A stretch of 33,001 bases of DNA from an uncultured delta proteobacterium. GTDB taxonomy: Bacteria; Desulfobacterota; Desulfobacteria; Desulfobacterales; JAHEIW01. A program made the translations under genes and the position numbers. Position 1 is the first letter of the stretch, and each line of letters begins with the position of its first letter. Positions 28,801 through 33,001 of this stretch are shown here, piece after piece. Below the pieces are notes generated by a model. The model saw only the letters and a list, made by a program, of their open reading frames with translations, was not told the DNA's origin and did no database searches. Where the stretch lies: the NCBI GenBank assembly GCA_963706575.1, contig CAVPNL010000021.1, positions 1-33,001 on the forward strand, read 5' to 3'.

Positions 28801-30042
28801 ATCGACTCCGACCAGGTCCGAATATTTAAGATGTGGGTTTTGTTCACCTGTATCTGCCAGTTATTGTCCACACCTCAAATATGGGCGCGGCAAAACCCCA
28901 ATCAATGACCGAATCGATAAAATAATTAATGAGGTCGATATCATCGGTTTTATAAACACCTTGCCCATATTCAGCACACAATTAAGGGCCGTGGCCGGGT
29001 ACATACTGGCGCGCTCTTTAGAAATAACATAGAAAATGTCTTCTGGATCAGGTTTTGGATGTGGCGGTAATTTTCATTTTCAATGATCCAGCCCAGGGTC
29101 TGGTTAATCTCCCTTAGGGTTTCCTCGTGGATCAGCGAAAGCCCGGCAACATTCATGATTTGAAACAGGAAAATGAGCTTCAGATGCCGTCCGCGACCAT
29201 TTTCGTTCCCGCTTTTTAGCAGACCGGCAGGGATCCCGGGCAGTCGCATACTACAATCTGGCTATATCCGGGAAGCACCAGGTGGTCAGGCCAGTACTTT
29301 GTCGGATTTTTGCTTTTTTGCGTTTGCAATACAATACCAGCTGGTGCTTCCAGTTTTGCAGCTGCGAATGGGAAATGAACTTAAAAAACTCCCCGTATTC
29401 GTTTTGCGACTTAATTTCAGAAACTTCCGCTTCAAACCATGCTTGGGGATCACTTTCTGCCAGCCAATAATCATAGGTAAAGTTATAAAATTTCATTAGC
29501 AGCCGGTTGATGGCATTAAAAACACCATCGGTTTTAGGCGCGCAGTTTAGAAAGGTCTCAGCCAGCCGATTGATTTGATAATAGCTGCGGGTAAAGAGGG
29601 CAAAATGATCGTGGGCAAATTGGCAATTCGCAAAAGGGCACTGTTGATAAACGGTAAAAATGTCTCCAGATTTGAGTCGGATTCCTTTACGACTTTCTGC
29701 AAAAACAGCTGCAGGTTATCAATGGCATCGACCTTCACAGCCATTTCAACATGCAACTGCACGCATCAAAGAATATACCGCTAAAAAGATTTGCCGCGGT
29801 CGGTCCTTTGGGATGGTTTTAATCAGATGAAAATATTCGAGAGAATATTTCCGGGTTTCCGTCACAATAAAGCGCCAATTTTTATAGGGATGGGAGAGCT
29901 CTTTCAGGAAGGTGTTCAACCCTTCCATCAGGCCGTAATATTTAGACATCACTTCCTGAAGGATGGCATATTTTTCATCTATGTCGACATCAACATGATA
30001 GTCGGCCAGATTGATTTCAAGGGCTTTGGATTTAACCGTCAC
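25825..30042 (-). CDS. Large PPDK-like protein (~1400 aa); 5' half frameshifted
   Basis: Intact C-terminal ORF with GNKG, VPPGF, SVRSG, PGMMDT, QGEDVVSG, LLQTR, GGLTSHAA; upstream ORF fragments continue to a GTG at 30042 behind GAAGGA. Confidence 0.75.
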
Positions 30043-30120
30043 AGTCTGTTTTCCTTCGATGATAGGGATCTCCAAGTGCAAGTTGCCAGGTACAGAGTCC
30101 AGTTTAAGTTTCAAACGTTA

Positions 30121-30158
30121 CATCGGTTTAATTGGTTCGATTGGTTTAATTCGTTAAC
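30121..30158. repeat. Half of a 9-mer (ATTGGTTTA) array
   Basis: ATCGGTTTA ATTGGTTCG ATTGGTTTA ATTCGTTAA; same unit as the panB-flanking elements. Confidence 0.6.
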
Positions 30159-30257
30159 CTGAATGATAGAATAGTCATCAGTAATCCTGCGCCTGTCAAG
30201 ACCTTCAGCGTATCAAAGATCACGTCCGATTTTGAGGAATACAAGGGTTCGAGGATT

Positions 30258-30333
30258 GGGCATAGCGCATGGGGCATAGCGCAAAGGGTTGCGGGTTGTC
30301 AAAACGCTATGCGCCATGCGCTATGCTCTCTGC
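30258..30333. repeat. Heptamer tandem palindrome (CATAGCG / CGCTATG)
   Basis: CATAGCG CATGGGG CATAGCG versus CGCTATG CGCCATG CGCTATG. Confidence 0.8.
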
Positions 30334-30407
30334 CGATGGGCTCACGTTTCACAGCTTTATTGGAGAAAGCACACAACAACTATTGACCTGAATCTGCCTG
30401 TAAAAAG

Positions 30408-30442
30408 AAAAAAACCCCTCCCATGCCGGGAGAGGCTTTTTT
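30408..30442 (-). terminator. Intrinsic terminator after acsE
   Basis: Minus strand CCTCTCCC-GGCAT-GGGAGGGG followed by a T-tract. Confidence 0.65.
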
Positions 30443-30475
30443 GAAATTTAGTTCGATGGATAATGGACGTGGCTT

Positions 30476-31358
30476 TTAAAGCTCAAGCCATGAATCCGAA
30501 TACAGTGTCTTTCCAAGGATCACGTTAACGGTCTTGGCGTAATTTTGCATTTCCTCGGAAAGCGCGCCCATATCGGGTTCGTTGCCGTCCGCATCCCGTA
30601 TATCAGATCAACAATGTCCTGGCGTTTCCTTTGGCAATATCGATCAGGGTGTCATCCAACGGGTCTGCAATAACGGAATACATGCCATATTTTTCAAGCA
30701 TGACCATGTGGTGTGATTGAGGATGGGTCGCAGATGGTCCGGCGGTCCATTGGAAATGTTCGACAGCCCGCAGGTACATAGCGCCTGGGGTGTATTTTCA
30801 GGCATCATTCCTGAAAGTTCATCAGACTCATACACTGCGGCTGTTGAATGTTGACGGGGGTAACGATACCGTCTACCCAGTTTTTCTCATTCGGGATACC
30901 AGCTTCATTGGCTGCATAGATCAGCTCAACGCCAAGAGCCGCCCGTTCGTTCTCATCTCGTGGTAGACCTTCCGGCCCCCACATCAGGGCAACGAAGTCC
31001 GCATCGTGCTCTGCGGCCATCGGCACCATGCGTCGTAACGCTCGGGACGGACCATGATCGAGTTAATCAGTGGCGGCAGGGGCGTTTCTTTATCCACCTT
31101 CAGCGCGCCTCGATAGCCTGGATGTTTGACGTGTCGAATGCCAGCGGCACATCCGGTACTACTTCCTGCACGGTCTGCACCACCCAGGGCATAATTCGTG
31201 GCCGTCTTTTTTGGCCGGACCGAGATTGATGTCGATGTAATCCATCCCCTTTTCTTCTGCACAAGGGCTTCTTCCTGGATCGGCTTTGGATCCCGTTCCT
31301 TGTATGCGGTACCGATCTTTTTGGATATGACATTCAAGCTTTCTCCTATTAAATACAT
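30476..31358 (-). CDS. acsE: Methyltetrahydrofolate:corrinoid Fe-S protein methyltransferase (frameshifted)
   Basis: Fragments MYLIGESLNV, MDYIDINLGPA, VPLAFDTSN, LINSI, GLPRDENER, TCGLSNISNG, LYSDSWLEL in shifting frames; downstream of acsC. Confidence 0.85.
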
Positions 31359-31370
31359 ACACCCTCCCTC

Positions 31371-31547
31371 CCACAGTTGGGGGCTTCGCCCCAATTGGAA
31401 TAATGGAATTGTGAGATCATGGAAAAATGGGTTTTACGCAAATGAGTTGCTTGTATTAAACAGGCAAAAACATACACGATTTTAAAGCAAGTAATCTTCC
31501 GTTTCTTATTACCCCATATTCCATTGTTCCAGTATTCCAATATTCCG
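31371..31547. repeat. Octamer tandem palindrome (TGGAATAA / TATTCCA) with a GC hairpin at one end
   Basis: TTGGGGGC-TTC-GCCCCAA hairpin; TGGAATAATGGAAT versus TATTCCATTGTTCCAGTATTCCA. Confidence 0.75.
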
Positions 31548-31554
31548 TGTGATT

Positions 31555-32894
31555 TTACCTGGCTTTAGATGCAGGAATATGCGCTGCTTCCCTGGGTCCG
31601 ACCGTAATCGTCCAGCCGGGCAATTACTTCCTCAACCTCTCCGGCAATGGCTGCGGCATAGCCCGGAATGATGAGTTCCTGATGCTTGACCTTGTCAGCG
31701 ATGCCAGATTTCTTCACAAACATGCCGACTTCATCACCGGCAAATTTGCCGGCGGCCCAGGCCGTCATTACCGAAAGCCCCTCGGAATCCTTGATCAGCA
31801 AATAAGACGGAACCCGGCTGCCTTCTATTCACCGGAAACGATAAAATAGGTCAGTGCAAAGTTGGTGGTGACCAGTACCGGTGAGTTTTCATCCGGATTA
31901 TTGATTTCATAAATGCCCTCGGTTACCGTCATGGGCCGCTGGGGATCGGTATAAATGTTCAAGCGTTCCAGCAGGAGCGGAAACAGGCCTTCACCGGCAA
32001 AATCCGAAAGAACGACAATGCCGCCGTATTTGGCGACAAATGTCCCGGCAATCAAGGTCTCCATGTCCAGATTGGAGGCCATCTCGCACGGAAAGGTGAT
32101 GGTCGGATAGCCCACCGAACGGTTCAGGTCTTTTAAGGCCGCCCGGCGGATCGCCACCTGATCCTGATGGGCCTGCTTGATTTCCCTGGAACCCGGGTCC
32201 AGAACAATGTCCTTGACACCATCCCGTCAAGCTTTTCGGTCAGCGGAACCAGGCCTTCCGCCGAATCAGCCCGCACCGCCAGGGGTAAATTCTGTTCTTT
32301 GGCGATCACCCCCAGGTCATTCACATTATTGTCGGTGGCGGCATACATCAACGGTCGCTTGAACCCACAGACATCGACGGCCGCCTTCATTACGCCCGGA
32401 TCTTCGGTCATCAGCACCAGGTTGAACTCAGAGGTTTCGGCAATTTTCTTGGCGGTGCTGGCAAATGCATCCTTGTCGCCGTTGACATCTTTAAGGGCCA
32501 CCAGTTCCGGCCGCAGATTCAATCCGACCCGTTCATACTGTAATGCGTTCCAGGCCTTCAGTTTCGTTTCAAGATCCGATTCGGCAATGTCGGATGCGAC
32601 TGTCGCTGCGAGCGGTTTAGGTTGTCAAAAGGTTTTTTCATGACGATACTGAACGGTTTCCCCCCCCGTGGTGGCGGCACGAACGCCCTTTCCAACGGCA
32701 ACCGGGCGGATGGGCGGTGCTGAAGCCTCAGCCAGTTGCTCCCGGGCCTCATCAGAGACATCTACGGGCAGCTGTCCAGTTCCGCCTTGCCCGAAGCCAG
32801 ATTCATGGCGAATGCCAGGCAGGTTGGAACACCGCATTACCTTTCAGTCGGTTTTCGGCAGTAATTTAAAAATCTGAATACCGGTTAATGCCAT
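31555..32894 (-). CDS. acsC: Corrinoid Fe-S protein large subunit (CODH/ACS gamma), frameshifted
   Basis: MALTGIQIFKLLPKT start; ASAPPIRPV, GGETV, IYTDPQRP, SPVLVTTNFALTYF, GLSVMTAWAAGKF, LIIPG, GPREA. Confidence 0.9.
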
Positions 32895-32910
32895 CTTTAT
32901 CTCCTTCTCT

Positions 32911-33001
32911 ACGAGTTGCGTGTTGCGAGTTGCGTGTTGCGGGTTAAGATTACGGATTGCGTATTCGGTTATTAAACACGCAACCCGTAACCCGTATACC
33001 C
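32911..33001. repeat. Heptamer tandem palindrome (GTTGCGN / CGCAACC), probably cut by the window edge
   Basis: GTTGCGT GTTGCGA GTTGCGT GTTGCGG versus CACGCAACCCGTAACCCG. Confidence 0.75.

Noticed and set aside
27859..32877. Small minus-strand ORFs as separate genes or programmed frameshifts
   Set aside because: They are consecutive fragments of the PPDK-like gene, acsE and acsC; too many shifts for programmed recoding
11341..33001. Intergenic repeats as CRISPR arrays
   Set aside because: Units are 6-9 bp, tandem and inverted, with no unique 30-40 bp spacers and no cas genes

Overview
Chromosomal window from a probable Desulfobacterales-type sulfate reducer (Wood-Ljungdahl acsC/acsE, TTG starts, characteristic intergenic palindromes); the taxonomy is inferred from gene content. 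1-5.2 kb is an accessory block that begins at two tRNA-Asn-like 3'-end copies and a truncated GIY-YIG gene. It carries an OmpR/HAMP-kinase pair, a Tat-signal sulfite-oxidase/MsrP-like molybdoenzyme, an ECF sigma factor and a Met-rich secreted protein. It also carries an ORF missed by the ORF track (3792-4100) with an in-frame UGA followed by a SECIS-like hairpin, which reads as an exported mini-MsrA/HMA-like selenoprotein. Together these suggest a periplasmic methionine-sulfoxide/oxidant defence module, the most interesting signal here. The rest is mostly core genome: aspS, hisS, an S58 peptidase + peptide ABC transporter + M20 hydrolase + panE + panB cluster, an M16C peptidase, rsmA, an ABM protein, an atypical gap coupled to a ~1400-aa PPDK-like gene, then acsE and acsC. 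Most intergenic spacers contain palindromes built from 6-9 bp tandem units. Beyond ~27.8 kb all genes are frameshifted, most likely from sequencing or consensus error.
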